Assembly: GCA_016181145.1 (NCBI GenBank)
Contig: JACOZW010000023.1
Span: 1 to 48,398, forward strand
Direction: 5' to 3'
DNA length: 48,398 nt
Source: Candidatus Yanofskybacteria bacterium
GTDB taxonomy: Bacteria; Patescibacteriota; Minisyncoccia; 2-02-FULL-40-12; GWA2-44-9
The position numbers and the translations under genes were made by a program. The notes under the pieces were generated by a model, which saw only the letters and a program-made list of their open reading frames with translations, was not told where the DNA came from and made no database searches. Below are positions 36,334-48,398 of this stretch, piece by piece (position 1 is the first letter of the stretch; each line of letters starts with the position of its first letter).

Positions 36334-37078
36334 ATCTCCCTAAACTATTCCAGAGGAGTTCAAAAACCGACCTAAACGAATCTGCCATTTCTTTATGCTC
36401 GATAACTACACCAGAAATTTTGCCCTTGAGAGCCATAACTGCTATTTTATCACCGAAAATTGTTATATCTGAGCCTAGAGACAATTTATCTTTAGATACA
36501 TATTTTGACTCGCGCAAAAACTCCTTATCGTCTCCGCTAAGGAAGGGTCCCTTACTAGAAGTATATATGAGCTTAGACGGTATTCTTTTTTGGGCTCTTT
36601 TTGAGGAATAGTCAGAAGAAAAATCAGGGAATAATTCCATCACGCTATCGAAATCAGATATGCCATAAATAAAATCAGACTTTGTTTTTAAAAATTCACT
36701 CTGGATCTTAAGAATCCCCTCTTTACCCTCAAAGAACCTGACTTGAGGCTTTGAATCAGAAAGATTAAAAATATTTGTAAGTTCCGGCAAAAGTTTATGA
36801 AGTTCTTCTTTTTTCTGTTCGAGTTCACCCCTTTGCCTTTCAATCATAGACTCTAAGTGTTCTGGTGATTCGGCTATAAATAGTTGCTTTTTACCCCTTG
36901 TTTGAGTACTGGCAAGACCCATTTTTTTAAGCGACTCAATCTGAACATAAGTTGTCGGACGATTAACACCGGCCTTAGCAGATATTTCAAGAGCAGTAGC
37001 CGGACCAAGCTCAAGCATAGCAAAATATACTTTGGCTTCATTCTCGGAAAGACCCAGGTTTTTTAATTGATTCAGCAT
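36332..37078 (-). CDS. TrmB family transcriptional regulator
   Basis: LGLSENEAKVY..LELG, NRPTTY, PQVRFFEGKEG, DITIFGDKIA. Confidence 0.9.
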   Translation of the reverse strand: MLNQLKNLGLSENEAKVYFAMLELGPATALEISAKAGVNRPTTYVQIESLKKMGLASTQTRGKKQLFIAESPEHLESMIERQRGELEQKKEELHKLLPELTNIFNLSDSKPQVRFFEGKEGILKIQSEFLKTKSDFIYGISDFDSVMELFPDFSSDYSSKRAQKRIPSKLIYTSSKGPFLSGDDKEFLRESKYVSKDKLSLGSDITIFGDKIAVMALKGKISGVVIEHKEMADSFRSVFELLWNSLGR

Positions 37079-37114
37079 AGTTTCTATATTATACCATATA
37101 AAATATAATCAGTA

Positions 37115-37146
37115 AAGCCCCATGCTCAAACTTGGGCATGGGGCTT
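37115..37146. terminator. Hairpin/terminator upstream of the TrmB gene
   Basis: AAGCCCCATGCTCAA/TTGGGCATGGGGCTT. Confidence 0.6.
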
Positions 37147-37173
37147 AAAATATATCACTATCTTACTTGGCCT

Positions 37174-37524
37174 CTATAGACTATTGAGATCAGTATCGAT
37201 TGCCTGAAATTCAGCATCTAAATTACCGCCCGCATCAACCCCTCCCAAAGCCTGGTTAATCAGGGCGTCCTCCCTGGCATCCTGGTTTGTCTTGGACTGT
37301 TCAATCACAACTGGCTCATCATTCATCTGACCGATATACCACCAAGTAAAAGCACCTACGGCAATTAGCACTAATACGGTTATAGGGAACAAATAATTTT
37401 TCTTTTTCATCGTCGCCTGAGATACAGATGGCATCTGGCCGGACATGCCTTGACTGGGCTGACTCGCCTGAACAAGCGGACTGGAGGGAACATTCGGGTT
37501 TTGTATTTGGTTTAATTCGTCCAT
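37174..37524 (-). CDS. Single-TM hypothetical protein
   Basis: Disordered N-terminus, TM helix, acidic tail LDAEFQAIDTDLNSL. Confidence 0.75.
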   Translation of the reverse strand: MDELNQIQNPNVPSSPLVQASQPSQGMSGQMPSVSQATMKKKNYLFPITVLVLIAVGAFTWWYIGQMNDEPVVIEQSKTNQDAREDALINQALGGVDAGGNLDAEFQAIDTDLNSL

Positions 37525-37547
37525 ATTATTTAAGTTATTTTTTTTAA

Positions 37548-38375
37548 TTATGGGTTTGTGGTTACAGAAGGAGAGGGGGCTGGAGATACTGATATGGTGG
37601 GTGAAATCTCGGGCAAATCTCTTCCATGAGCTTTAGCAAAAGCCTGAGCCGCCTCATGAACTGCATTTCGTGCGACTTTAACCTTCTCAGAAACAACTTT
37701 CAGGTCCTCTTGTAACAACCGCCTCGTCTTACCAACATCGGTTTTTAATTTATCTTCAGTGCTGATAGCTAGACTATAGGTTTTAGTGGCTTGTACTTCG
37801 ACGGCTGTCTTAACATCACCAATTGCTGCCTGAGCCGCGACAACAGCCGAATCAACAGAGGAAACATCTACGCCCCGACCCTCGGCAACATCTGTTCTCT
37901 CGCCTATCCTAACTAGAATATCTTCTAGTTTCTTCAGGTTTTCCAGGAGGCGGTCGGTTATTTTTTCATTTAACGAATCGAGGTTCTTATCAATCTTCTC
38001 AACAACCTGCTTTTTACGATTATCTTTAATTTTTTCGAGACGCTTCTTTAGTTCCTCTCTCTTGTTTTCTATTCTATCTTTTAACTCTTCTTTTTTCTGT
38101 TCAAGCCTATCTTTCAGTTCTTCTCTCTTTTGTTCAAAATCCTGCTTGAGTTCTTCCCTATTTTGTTTTAATTCCTCTCTCTTATTTTCAGAATTCTGCT
38201 TCAGCTCTTCCCTCTTCTGCTCGAGTATCTGTTTTGCTTCCTCTTTATTTTCTCTTCTAGCGTCTTTAATCTCCGATCTTGATGTCGGTGATGGAGTCTG
38301 AGCAAAAACAGACAAAGCCAGACCCAAGCTAGCAAAAGAGATGACTGATATTTTTACTAATTTATTTTTATACAT
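37548..38375 (-). CDS. Secreted coiled-coil protein with 11-aa E(Q/N)KREELK repeats
   Basis: Signal peptide ending VFA-Q; about 6 repeats; Pro/Ser-rich tail. Confidence 0.8.
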   Translation of the reverse strand: MYKNKLVKISVISFASLGLALSVFAQTPSPTSRSEIKDARRENKEEAKQILEQKREELKQNSENKREELKQNREELKQDFEQKREELKDRLEQKKEELKDRIENKREELKKRLEKIKDNRKKQVVEKIDKNLDSLNEKITDRLLENLKKLEDILVRIGERTDVAEGRGVDVSSVDSAVVAAQAAIGDVKTAVEVQATKTYSLAISTEDKLKTDVGKTRRLLQEDLKVVSEKVKVARNAVHEAAQAFAKAHGRDLPEISPTISVSPAPSPSVTTNP

Positions 38376-38400
38376 ATACCATCAATTATACGTCAATATA

Positions 38401-39120
38401 CTAAAGAGCAACAGAAAAATTGTGGACAATAAGATAAGTTCCGATAATTGCGGCTGTTTCGGCTCTTAAAGTTAGCTTGCCCAAATTGAATATTTTAAAA
38501 TTTTCGACTCGAGCCCGCTCGAGCTCTTTATCAGTCCACCCGCCCTCAGGACCGATCCAAACACCCAGGGGGTAATTTCCAATTTCCAATTTCCAATTTC
38601 CAAAAATTTCTCCAGACATATCGAAAATAATATTTATGCCATTTCTATTAACACCACCCGTAGCATCTACAAAATTAACTGGATCTCGCAAAATAGGTAC
38701 AATTCCCCTGCCGGACTGCTCAGCAGCCTCTTTGATTATTTTCTCGAGCCGATCGGGACGAATATTCAGTTTAACCGTTCTCTCGGTAATAATAGGAATA
38801 ATTTCTTTAACTCCGGCTTCAGTCGCCTTCTGAACCACTAATTCAAAATTTTCCCTCTTTAATATCGAACAGCATAATATTATATGACGAGAAGGCTCAT
38901 TAATATTCGTATTGATTCCGCCTATCTCTACCCCAATGAAATCTCTTCCGAGTTCTTTTATCTCCGCTAACCCCTCGTTCATTCTGCCGTCACCAAGAAT
39001 TATTTTTTCCCCGATCTTTAGTTTAAGGACGCTTTTTATCTGATTAAAAAGCTCCGGATCTCCAATCCTTAGATCACCTGGTTTAATATTAAAATTTCCA
39101 ATAAAACGATGGGTTTTCAT
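38401..39120 (-). CDS. rsmE: 16S rRNA m3U1498 methyltransferase
   Basis: QKATEAGV, EAAEQSGR, IGPEGGW, LRAETAA. Confidence 0.95.
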   Translation of the reverse strand: MKTHRFIGNFNIKPGDLRIGDPELFNQIKSVLKLKIGEKIILGDGRMNEGLAEIKELGRDFIGVEIGGINTNINEPSRHIILCCSILKRENFELVVQKATEAGVKEIIPIITERTVKLNIRPDRLEKIIKEAAEQSGRGIVPILRDPVNFVDATGGVNRNGINIIFDMSGEIFGNWKLEIGNYPLGVWIGPEGGWTDKELERARVENFKIFNLGKLTLRAETAAIIGTYLIVHNFSVAL

Positions 39121-39253
39121 AGCTTTATTCTATGTGGATTATCAACAATTGCAAGGAACATCAAGAGGAGTATCATTAAATTAATTAATACATTCCGAAT
39201 TTCGAATTACGAATTATAAATCCGTAATACGGAATCCGTAATTGACTTAAATT

Positions 39254-39604
39254 ATGTCAAAATTAAAAACAGCAACAGCTATGGGTTTGGGGGCGGGACT
39301 GGCCGCAGCTGCCGTAGGAGCAGCGCTAGGGAGTTATCTATTAACCGGCCCGAGGGCAAAAAATACAAAAAGGGCCCTTAAAAGCTGGGTGCTCAAAGCA
39401 AAAGGAGAATTGCTTGAGCAACTCGAGAAAGCCGGAGACGTAGGAGAAGATATGTACTATAAGGCTGTTGACCGGATCGCCGCAAAATATTCTAAAATGT
39501 CGGGGGTCGGCCAGAAAGAAGTAGATGATATGGTGCTTGAACTAAAGAAGCAATGGAAATTGGTAAATAAAGGTCTTGCGAAGGCGAAAAAATTAACCAA
39601 ATAG
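39254..39604 (+). CDS. YtxH-like membrane-anchored hypothetical protein
   Basis: Gly/Ala-rich N-terminal helix then charged helices; terminator 39633-39654. Confidence 0.75.
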   Translation: MSKLKTATAMGLGAGLAAAAVGAALGSYLLTGPRAKNTKRALKSWVLKAKGELLEQLEKAGDVGEDMYYKAVDRIAAKYSKMSGVGQKEVDDMVLELKKQWKLVNKGLAKAKKLTK

Positions 39605-39666
39605 TAATTGCTATACTCCTAAATAAAAAATGCCCCGCCTTGGCGGGGTTTTTTACATGCTTGCTC

Positions 39667-40158
39667 CTACTGGGAAGTTCTGACAATTCCGTGTTCGTCA
39701 ACAAAATAGGTTTCGACAATAAGCTCGGGAAAGCGAGCCAGGATATATTTTGCAGCCTTTTCATGCTCCTTAGAGTGAAACTTAAATTCCTTATCGTGGT
39801 CGTTATCAAAAGCAGCAAAACCGCCGTAAGCTCCGCAGTCATGATGAGTGAAGAGCATTACTCTGTTCACATGATGAAGACGGATGGATAGCTCGAGTTC
39901 ACGGATATTGTAATCACGGTCACCCTTCTTAATGGGCGAAGAAAAAACCTTAGCTCCTCCAGCGGGAGTTTTCGAATCAAGCCGGTTAATTCCCCCTACT
40001 TTGAGGTAATTTTTGTAAACTCTGAAAAATCTATCATCTACACATCTGACCACATAAGCTTGCGCCCTGTAATGGTCAAGTGATGATTTCTCATGGAAAA
40101 CATATATTCTTTTTGCCTTTGCCTGATCCAACACGGTCTGTCGAATCGGTAATTCCAT
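39667..40158 (-). CDS. Beta-class-like carbonic anhydrase
   Basis: CVDDR, AGG, HHDCGAYGG Zn ligands; AGGAGG SD. Confidence 0.8.
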   Translation of the reverse strand: MELPIRQTVLDQAKAKRIYVFHEKSSLDHYRAQAYVVRCVDDRFFRVYKNYLKVGGINRLDSKTPAGGAKVFSSPIKKGDRDYNIRELELSIRLHHVNRVMLFTHHDCGAYGGFAAFDNDHDKEFKFHSKEHEKAAKYILARFPELIVETYFVDEHGIVRTSQ

Positions 40159-40220
40159 GGACCTCCTATCGAAGTGAATGCACTCCGAAGATTATACCAA
40201 AAAATCAACAATTCGGCAAG

Positions 40221-40460
40221 TTAATTAGCCAATACTGTAGCTTGATTATTTTCTCCAATTTCTAAAAATCCCGACTTAATATCGAAATTAACTTTTTCAC
40301 CACCTTCTTTAATAATAACCGCCTCGCCTTTTGCTAGCTGAGTGATCAATGGCCTGTGATTATCAAGCACAGTAATCTCCCCCGAAGTTGTCTTTAAATT
40401 AAGCGAGCTAATCTCACCCTCAAATTTAATTCCTTGTAATGTGATGATCGATAATTTCAT
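40221..40460 (-). CDS. atpC: ATP synthase epsilon (N-terminal domain only)
   Basis: GEITVLDNHRPLIT, SGFLEI; follows atpD. Confidence 0.92.
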   Translation of the reverse strand: MKLSIITLQGIKFEGEISSLNLKTTSGEITVLDNHRPLITQLAKGEAVIIKEGGEKVNFDIKSGFLEIGENNQATVLAN

Positions 40461-40470
40461 GAAAATAAGG

Positions 40471-42246
<1,776 letters not shown>

Positions 42247-42258
42247 TTGTATATCTGA

Positions 42259-43188
42259 TTACGTCAAAGCACTAACCGCCGATGTTATCTCAATCAGTTC
42301 TTTTGTGATTCCAGCTTGTCGGGCTTTATTATACTCTAAATTCAATTTTTCGGAAAGCTCCTTGGCATTATCCGAAGCCGTCTTCATCGCTACCATCCTA
42401 GCCGAATGTTCAGATGCATTGGCCTCCAGAATCAAATCGTAAATCTGCATTTTCATTAAATGCTCCACCAAGCCTTCGATCAGTTTTTTCGGAGAAGGCT
42501 CGAATATGTATTCTAGCTCTGAATCATGAATCGTAAATCGTGAATCTCTTAACTCTGAAAATTTACCATGCTCGGGAATAATTTCATTTATAGTGTGTTG
42601 AATTTTTTCTAGATCAACCGGCAAAACCTGCCGCATTAAGACTTCCTGCTTTAGGGTTGATCGGAAGTGGGTCGATATGGTCATTACCCTATCCCAGCCT
42701 TTATTTAAATAACCCTCTATCAAAATTTCTGACAAAGGATTTGTTTCGCTCGGCAACACGAAATCTCCAAATCCGGAAAATTCGGAAACTAAATTTAATT
42801 TCTTCTTATTTGCATATGAAATGGCCTTTTTGCCGACAGCAACAACGCTCAAATTATCATCTTTTGTTTCTGCATAAGATTTGAGAAATGAATCTACCAA
42901 GCGCAATACCTGCGAATTAAAAGATCCAGCAAGACCACGGTCAGAAGTTACAATTACTAAAAGTGTTTTTTTAATTTTTCTTCCTCTTATAAGATCAGTT
43001 TTTACGGGCGAGAATTTTCCTAAAACTGACAATAATTGAAGCGCCTTAAAAGCATAGGGACGAGAATTTAAAGCCACTTGCTGGCTTTTTCTCATTTTCG
43101 TCGCCGCAACAACCTCCATCGCCTTGGTGATCTGTCCTATATTTTTAACGGCTTTTATTCTAGATTTTGTTTTTTGTAAGGATTCCAT
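42259..43188 (-). CDS. atpG: ATP synthase gamma
   Basis: ITKAMEVVAATK, TSDRGLAG, SEHSARMVAM, NKARQAGITKEL. Confidence 0.98.
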   Translation of the reverse strand: MESLQKTKSRIKAVKNIGQITKAMEVVAATKMRKSQQVALNSRPYAFKALQLLSVLGKFSPVKTDLIRGRKIKKTLLVIVTSDRGLAGSFNSQVLRLVDSFLKSYAETKDDNLSVVAVGKKAISYANKKKLNLVSEFSGFGDFVLPSETNPLSEILIEGYLNKGWDRVMTISTHFRSTLKQEVLMRQVLPVDLEKIQHTINEIIPEHGKFSELRDSRFTIHDSELEYIFEPSPKKLIEGLVEHLMKMQIYDLILEANASEHSARMVAMKTASDNAKELSEKLNLEYNKARQAGITKELIEITSAVSALT

Positions 43189-43195
43189 CTTTTAA

Positions 43196-43498
43196 TTATG
43201 CCTCCTCGAGAATTATTCCTTTTTTAAACCCTCCTCTTTCCTCTACCTTTGCTAATTTAACGGTATTAATATCCTGATGATCAAATTTTTTATACTCAAC
43301 AACAGCCTCAATAACTTCCCATATATCAGCCATCTCTTCGATGCTTTCTGATTTTATAAATTCTTCAACCTCTTCTCTTAATTTTTCTTTTAAACCGTTC
43401 CAATGTTCATCCGCGCTAGCAATCCGAAAAACTGGTTTTCCGCCTTTACTCTTTATATATTCCGGTATTTTATCCCGAACAAGTTTATTGTATTTCAT
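43196..43498 (-). CDS. MazG-like nucleoside triphosphate pyrophosphohydrolase
   Basis: MKYNKLVRDKIPE, KLREEVEEF, EEMADIWEV, ERGGF. Confidence 0.85.
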   Translation of the reverse strand: MKYNKLVRDKIPEYIKSKGGKPVFRIASADEHWNGLKEKLREEVEEFIKSESIEEMADIWEVIEAVVEYKKFDHQDINTVKLAKVEERGGFKKGIILEEA

Positions 43499-43567
43499 TA
43501 TTTTACTATTGACAGTTAACCCTAAATACATTATACTGTCTTTGCACTTAATAATTCGGGGGATTCG

Positions 43568-43846
43568 GTGAACAACGTTATTACCTGGTTCGTTATCCTT
43601 TTGACGCTCTTTTATATCTCAACGCGTATTGATAAATTAACAGCTAACCAAGCACTGATACTTAACGGTTATAGCCAAGCACAACTCACTGACACAATGT
43701 ACATGGGAGCATATTGGAGAAGTGACTGTAATTATCCTGACTATGCCCGCCTAACTTTTAAAGTTAGACGTCCCGGAAATTCAGAAACGGAAAATGTCTC
43801 TGTGTGCATAAATTGGCGAGGCGAGACTGCAATTCGCAATCCCTGA
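43568..43846 (+). CDS. Small exported/membrane hypothetical protein
   Basis: TTGACA-N17-TATACT 43509-43537; terminator 43853-43880; N-terminal TM, two Cys. Confidence 0.68.
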   Translation: MNNVITWFVILLTLFYISTRIDKLTANQALILNGYSQAQLTDTMYMGAYWRSDCNYPDYARLTFKVRRPGNSETENVSVCINWRGETAIRNP

Positions 43847-43903
43847 ATGTTCAAGCCCAAATCCATGAAGGGCTTTTTTTGTTTTTAAATAATAAATCTT
43901 ACC

Positions 43904-44121
43904 TTAGTCGACTATCATATACCCTAGGGAGGAAATAATAAGAATGAGCTTACCCAATTCATTTACAGAACGTTTCGGAAGCCGACTGGGCTGAGAGAGA
44001 GCAAAAACTCAGCAGAGTTTTATGCGATCTGTAAATGAGTTGGGTAAGCGAATTTATGCGATCTGTAAATGAGTTGGGTAAGCGAATTAACTCCGAGTCT
44101 GGGTATATGATAGTCGGCTAA
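43904..44121. mobile_element. MITE-like palindromic element, family D
   Basis: TIR TTAGTCGACTATCATATACCC/GGGTATATGATAGTCGGCTAA; inner IR GCTTACCCAATTCATTTACAGA with right arm tandemly duplicated (34 bp). Confidence 0.78.
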
Positions 44122-44123
44122 AA

Positions 44124-45680
44124 CTAAACTCCCTTTAATTCTTCCAAAGAACTTTTTAACTTCTCCTCCGTCTCATCGTCAATCTGATTACTCACTCTGA
44201 TTTTTTTCAAAATATCTCCGTGCAGTTTTTCAATATTATCTATTATCCTATCGGAAACCGCCCTGACCTCATCAACTTTTACGTCATCCAAATATCCATT
44301 GGTCGCCATGTAAATCGTCAAAACCTGTTTCTCGAACGGAATCGGCGCATTATCAACCTGTTTTAAAATTTCAGTTAATCGTTGTCCACGGGCAATCTGT
44401 TTTTTGGTATTTTCATCTAAGTCCGAAGCGAATTGAACGAATGCCTGAAGTTCTCTGAATTGAGCCAAATCCAAACGTAATTTTCCGGAAACTTTTTTCA
44501 TAGCTTTTGTCTGTGCCGATGAACCTACGCGAGAGACAGATAATCCGGCATTAATAGCGGGGCGTAAGCCTTTATAAAACAAATCTGATTCGAGATAAAT
44601 CTGGCCATCGGTAATGGAAATGACATTAGTAGGAACATAGGCAGAAACATCTCCCAGCTGTGTCTCAATAATTGGCAAGGCGGTCAATGATCCCCCACCA
44701 TGTCCTTTATCCATCTTAGCCGCACGTTCGAGTAACCTAGCATGCAAGTAAAATATATCTCCCGGATAAGCTTCTCTTCCTGGCGGCCTCCTTAGCAAAA
44801 GAGATAGCTGGCGATATGAATCCGCGTGCTTGGATAAATCGTCGTAAACAACCAGAGCATCCTGTCCTTGGTCCATAAAATATTCTCCGATAGCACAACC
44901 GGCGAAAGGGGCTAGATATTGAACCGAAGCAGGAGAAGATGCAGGAGCAGAAACAACTATTGTATACGCAAGCGCACCTTTTTCTTCAAGGGTTTTGACT
45001 ATTTTGGCAACCTTAGAATTCTTCTGACCGATAGCAACATAGATACAGACCATCTGCCTCCTGCCCTCCGAAGCTTTAGCGAAGGAGGGTCGCCCTTCGG
45101 CATCCTGTCCCTGATTCAATATGGTATCAAGAGCAATAGCTGTTTTACCAGTTTGCCTGTCACCTATAATAAGCTCTCTCTGGCCACGGCCGATAGGAAT
45201 CATAGCATCAACGGCTTTAATACCGGTATGTACCGGCGTATTCACTGATTCCCTGGAAACGACATCCGGCGCTCGACGTTCAAGGGGATAATCTTTAGCT
45301 TTTTCGGGGTCATTAAAGATAACTCCCTTATTGTCCAGCGGATTTCCGAGAGGATCAACGACGCGACCCAGCATTTCCGAGCCAACCTTGATTGAAACAA
45401 CTTTTCCGGTTTGCTTGACCCGGTCTCCGACTTTAACTTTTTGAGCATCGCCAAGAATTACCGCCCCGATAAAATTTTCCTCCAGATTGAAAGCAATGGC
45501 AGACACATCACCGCTTTTAGCCTCAATATTCAATAATTCCTGGCTTAATGCCTTGGATAATCCGGATATTTTTGCAATGCCATCGCCTACTTCAGTTACA
45601 ACGCCGACGTGCTCAAACTTGGTATCATCTTGATACCCCGCTATTTCCTTCTTCAGTTTTTCTATAATCTCATACGGCAT
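44124..45680 (-). CDS. atpA: ATP synthase alpha
   Basis: [34 protein letters not shown]. Confidence 0.99.
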   Translation of the reverse strand: MPYEIIEKLKKEIAGYQDDTKFEHVGVVTEVGDGIAKISGLSKALSQELLNIEAKSGDVSAIAFNLEENFIGAVILGDAQKVKVGDRVKQTGKVVSIKVGSEMLGRVVDPLGNPLDNKGVIFNDPEKAKDYPLERRAPDVVSRESVNTPVHTGIKAVDAMIPIGRGQRELIIGDRQTGKTAIALDTILNQGQDAEGRPSFAKASEGRRQMVCIYVAIGQKNSKVAKIVKTLEEKGALAYTIVVSAPASSPASVQYLAPFAGCAIGEYFMDQGQDALVVYDDLSKHADSYRQLSLLLRRPPGREAYPGDIFYLHARLLERAAKMDKGHGGGSLTALPIIETQLGDVSAYVPTNVISITDGQIYLESDLFYKGLRPAINAGLSVSRVGSSAQTKAMKKVSGKLRLDLAQFRELQAFVQFASDLDENTKKQIARGQRLTEILKQVDNAPIPFEKQVLTIYMATNGYLDDVKVDEVRAVSDRIIDNIEKLHGDILKKIRVSNQIDDETEEKLKSSLEELKGV

Positions 45681-45741
45681 TTGATATTGAATTTAATGAT
45701 ATTCTCAAATTCTTAAGAATTTGAGAATAAGATAGTTATTG

Positions 45742-46107
45742 TTATTTGAAAAGTTTGTTTAATTTATTCCGAAGAGTGTTATTTAACTCTTCTTCACCGT
45801 TTACCGTAATTCTGACTCCAGCCACCAATTCAGGATTTATTATGAAATTAATATGGTCTTTTTTTGAAAATTTATTTTTTAACATTTCCCTTTTCGGCAT
45901 CGGCTCTCTAGCAGCTTCTATATCAATCCATTTTCCACCATCTTCATTTATTATTTTTTTATGAATTGCCGTGAGGATCTTCTTTGAATGTTTAATATCC
46001 CCCGTCTTAGCTAACAATCTCAAAAAACCGTTGATAGCTTTTTCACGCGGTATTTCTTTGATAATCTGGGTAAATGCCCCAACATAATTGTTGACGGAAT
46101 ACCTCAT
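45742..46107 (-). CDS. atpH: ATP synthase delta (short)
   Basis: INPELVAGVRITV; position before atpA. Confidence 0.78.
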   Translation of the reverse strand: MRYSVNNYVGAFTQIIKEIPREKAINGFLRLLAKTGDIKHSKKILTAIHKKIINEDGGKWIDIEAAREPMPKREMLKNKFSKKDHINFIINPELVAGVRITVNGEEELNNTLRNKLNKLFK

Positions 46108-46169
46108 ATTGACAATAAGTTATTAACTGGTATAATTACGAATGCTGGAAAACCTGAGGAGGACAAACG

Positions 46170-46358
46170 ATGGAACTCTTTAAAAAGCTAAGTATCAGTT
46201 TCACCGGTATTATGCTTATGGTTTTTGGGGTATCAGATGGTCTTCACCCCATAACCGCAGGACTTCTTGGAATAGTTTTCGTGATTGCAGTTCTTATTAT
46301 TTTGGGCTACAGATTCAAACTTCCCAAGATTTTCAAACTTCCCAAGATTCTACACTAA
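46170..46358 (+). CDS. Small 2-TM protein (62 aa)
   Basis: TTGACA-N16-TATAAT 46109-46136, GAGGAGG SD, downstream hairpin and T-run; 18-bp tandem duplication 46314-46349. Confidence 0.7.
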   Translation: MELFKKLSISFTGIMLMVFGVSDGLHPITAGLLGIVFVIAVLIILGYRFKLPKIFKLPKILH

Positions 46359-46438
46359 TAATTCAGCGCTGCCTCAAGGGCATGGACCCCTATCAGCCGC
46401 ATGGTACACCCAGCGGTTTTTTTATTTTTTACCACACC

Positions 46439-46948
46439 CTACGCCCCACGTTCTAGGATGAAAGACCCTACTGCCTCCTCAATCAACTTCTCATCAACCT
46501 GCTCAGGTTTTAACTGAACCGTCTTGATTATTGCTTCCTTGACCAGTTTTCTAGCCTCTCCAGCAACTCTATCCATTTCTTCTTTTTCTTTTCTCTCAAC
46601 AAGAAGCATTGCTTCTCTTAATGTGCCTTGGGCCTTTAAGTCGGCTTGATGAGCAATCTCTTGAGCTTTTTTCTGGGCGTTCTTTTCGGCTTCGGAGATA
46701 ATTGCAATAGATTCCGTATTGGCTCCTTTGATTATCTCGGCTTTTTCTTCCTCAGCATCATTTATTATTTTTACCCCTTTTTCTCCGGCTTTTACGCCAA
46801 ATTCAATCCTTTTTCGACGCTCCTCAACCATTTTCATCAATGGTCTATAAACAAACTTTGTCAGAACCACTAGCAAAATCAGAAAATTAACCCCTTGAGC
46901 TAAAAGGAGTTTCCAGTCAATCCCAAGTTGATTTACTAATTCTGACAT
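46439..46948 (-). CDS. atpF: ATP synthase subunit b
   Basis: LGIDWKLLLAQGVNFLIL, YRPL...EERRKRI. Confidence 0.95.
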   Translation of the reverse strand: MSELVNQLGIDWKLLLAQGVNFLILLVVLTKFVYRPLMKMVEERRKRIEFGVKAGEKGVKIINDAEEEKAEIIKGANTESIAIISEAEKNAQKKAQEIAHQADLKAQGTLREAMLLVERKEKEEMDRVAGEARKLVKEAIIKTVQLKPEQVDEKLIEEAVGSFILERGA

Positions 46949-47023
46949 TAAAAAATTACGAATGGCGGATTACGAATTAATAATACGAAATTCGTAATGC
47001 GTAATTAAATACTTCTAAAATTC

Positions 47024-47278
<255 letters not shown>

Positions 47279-47330
47279 TTATGATTTAAGAATATTCTAA
47301 AATCCTGAATCGTAAATCTAAAATCTTAAT

Positions 47331-48092
47331 TTAATGTTCGACCTCGTGATGACTCACCGACATTCCAATGAATACCAGCGTGAGCATCGCGAAAATAAAT
47401 GCCTGTATAAAACCGACAAATACTTCTAAAAACAAAAATGGTAACGGCAGGAAGTAGGGACCCAAAAAACCTATGATTATCAGCAGAACCTCTCCTGCGA
47501 ATACGTTACCAAATAAACGAAATGAAAACGAGATAATTTTAACAAATTCCGAAACTAATTCAAGTAAGCCGACAAATGTGTAGATAGGATTTTTAAAATT
47601 AAAGAACTTTCCGGCATGAGTTCGCATACCCACGGCCATAGCTCCAAGTAGATTTACTGAAAAAACCGCTATTATCGCCAGAGCGATTGTAAAATTGAGA
47701 TCGCTGGTGGGTGCACGGAGCAACGGAATAAGAACATGCTCGGTTTCACCATGCTTGTATATTTCATGGGTCAAGCCCAAAGAACCAGTTCCGGGCAGAA
47801 GACCCATCCAATTTGAAAGCATTACAAATAAAAATATCGTAGCTACGATAGGAAAATATCTCTCTGATTGTGTTCTTGAGCCCAAGACAGCATCCATCAT
47901 TTTAAGAGCCTCCTCGGTAAAGAGCTCAAATAAACTCTGTAATTTTCCTGGTATCATTTCTATAACCCCCCTAAGCCAAAAAGATAACGAAGCAAAAATT
48001 CCAACCACTATCAGCGACAGAAGGTAGGAATTAGTAAAATTAAAAACGCCTAAATGGAACAGCGTCTCTGCTTTAATAGATATTTCAGCCAT
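47331..48092 (-). CDS. atpB: ATP synthase subunit a
   Basis: NWMGLLPG, RAPTSDLN, SFSFRLFGNVFAGE, IQAFIF. Confidence 0.97.
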   Translation of the reverse strand: MAEISIKAETLFHLGVFNFTNSYLLSLIVVGIFASLSFWLRGVIEMIPGKLQSLFELFTEEALKMMDAVLGSRTQSERYFPIVATIFLFVMLSNWMGLLPGTGSLGLTHEIYKHGETEHVLIPLLRAPTSDLNFTIALAIIAVFSVNLLGAMAVGMRTHAGKFFNFKNPIYTFVGLLELVSEFVKIISFSFRLFGNVFAGEVLLIIIGFLGPYFLPLPFLFLEVFVGFIQAFIFAMLTLVFIGMSVSHHEVEH

Positions 48093-48133
48093 AGTAACCT
48101 ATTCTAGCACGAAAATAAAAATAAAAAAGGTTC

Positions 48134-48397
48134 CTATTTAAATCCAAACTTCTCTTGAAGAGATTTGAAGAAGTAGTGCTTTTCCAATTCAGCAAATCGG
48201 ACAAGATGAGGCGAGCTTTGAATATCAACCTCATCACCAATCTCAAGCGGAAATATAGACTCTCCGTCCGCGACAAGAACAACATCTAATTTCTTTCCGG
48301 TTCTAGACAGAGATATTAACCCTCTCTCCCTAAAAGAAATCACTTTTATCCCAATCGGATTCGAGTGCTTGACGATTATGCTGGGACTGGGGATGCT
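48134..48397 (-). CDS. nadK: C-terminal part of NAD kinase (gene begins beyond window)
   Basis: Open frame from the window edge; ADG...L..GD.V.I..S and YFFKSLQEKF typical of the NAD kinase C-terminus. Confidence 0.65.
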   Translation of the reverse strand, partial: SIPSPSIIVKHSNPIGIKVISFRERGLISLSRTGKKLDVVLVADGESIFPLEIGDEVDIQSSPHLVRFAELEKHYFFKSLQEKFGFK

Positions 48398-48398
48398 A

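Noticed and set aside
38040..38240. 33-bp periodic repeats
   Set aside because: Explained by 11-aa coiled-coil repeats of the secreted protein
44014..44090. 34-bp tandem repeat as a mini-CRISPR
   Set aside because: Two adjacent copies with no spacer; a duplicated arm of the palindromic element or an assembly slip

Overview
A 48.4-kb AT-rich bacterial chromosome segment. Gene content and style point to Patescibacteria/CPR, probably Parcubacteria (inference); genetic code 11. The minus strand carries housekeeping genes: serS, lysS, greA, mreB-mreC-mreD-mrdA, proS, rseP, frr, holB, murG, a CCA-adding enzyme, rsmE, a complete F1Fo operon (atpBEFHAGDC) and the end of an NAD kinase. The strongest candidate for an undescribed system is 14145-19480: an EamA transporter, three divergent glutamate-cysteine-ligase-fold (GCS2/YbdK-like) ligases and a class I glutamine amidotransferase. 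Its two ligase transcription units each start with a consensus sigma70 promoter, an unannotated paralogous 23-24 aa leader peptide (MNxxxxNTN-aromatic cluster-SRxR), mutually exclusive 1:2/2:3/3:4 attenuator hairpins and a boxA-like element. Other notable items: a GC-rich island (32.7-36.3 kb) with a ~540-nt candidate structured RNA and small SD-led ORFs including a CAE-type deaminase; a membrane PH-Schlafen protein near a CCA-HD-DHH-like fusion; about ten antisense single-gene cassettes; nested MITE/REP-like palindromic elements, including inverted copies bracketing atpD; and palindromes/heptamer repeats translated in frame inside essential proteins. No rRNA, tRNA, CRISPR array, transposase or integrase was recognised. 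All calls are by eye, without database searches or folding software.
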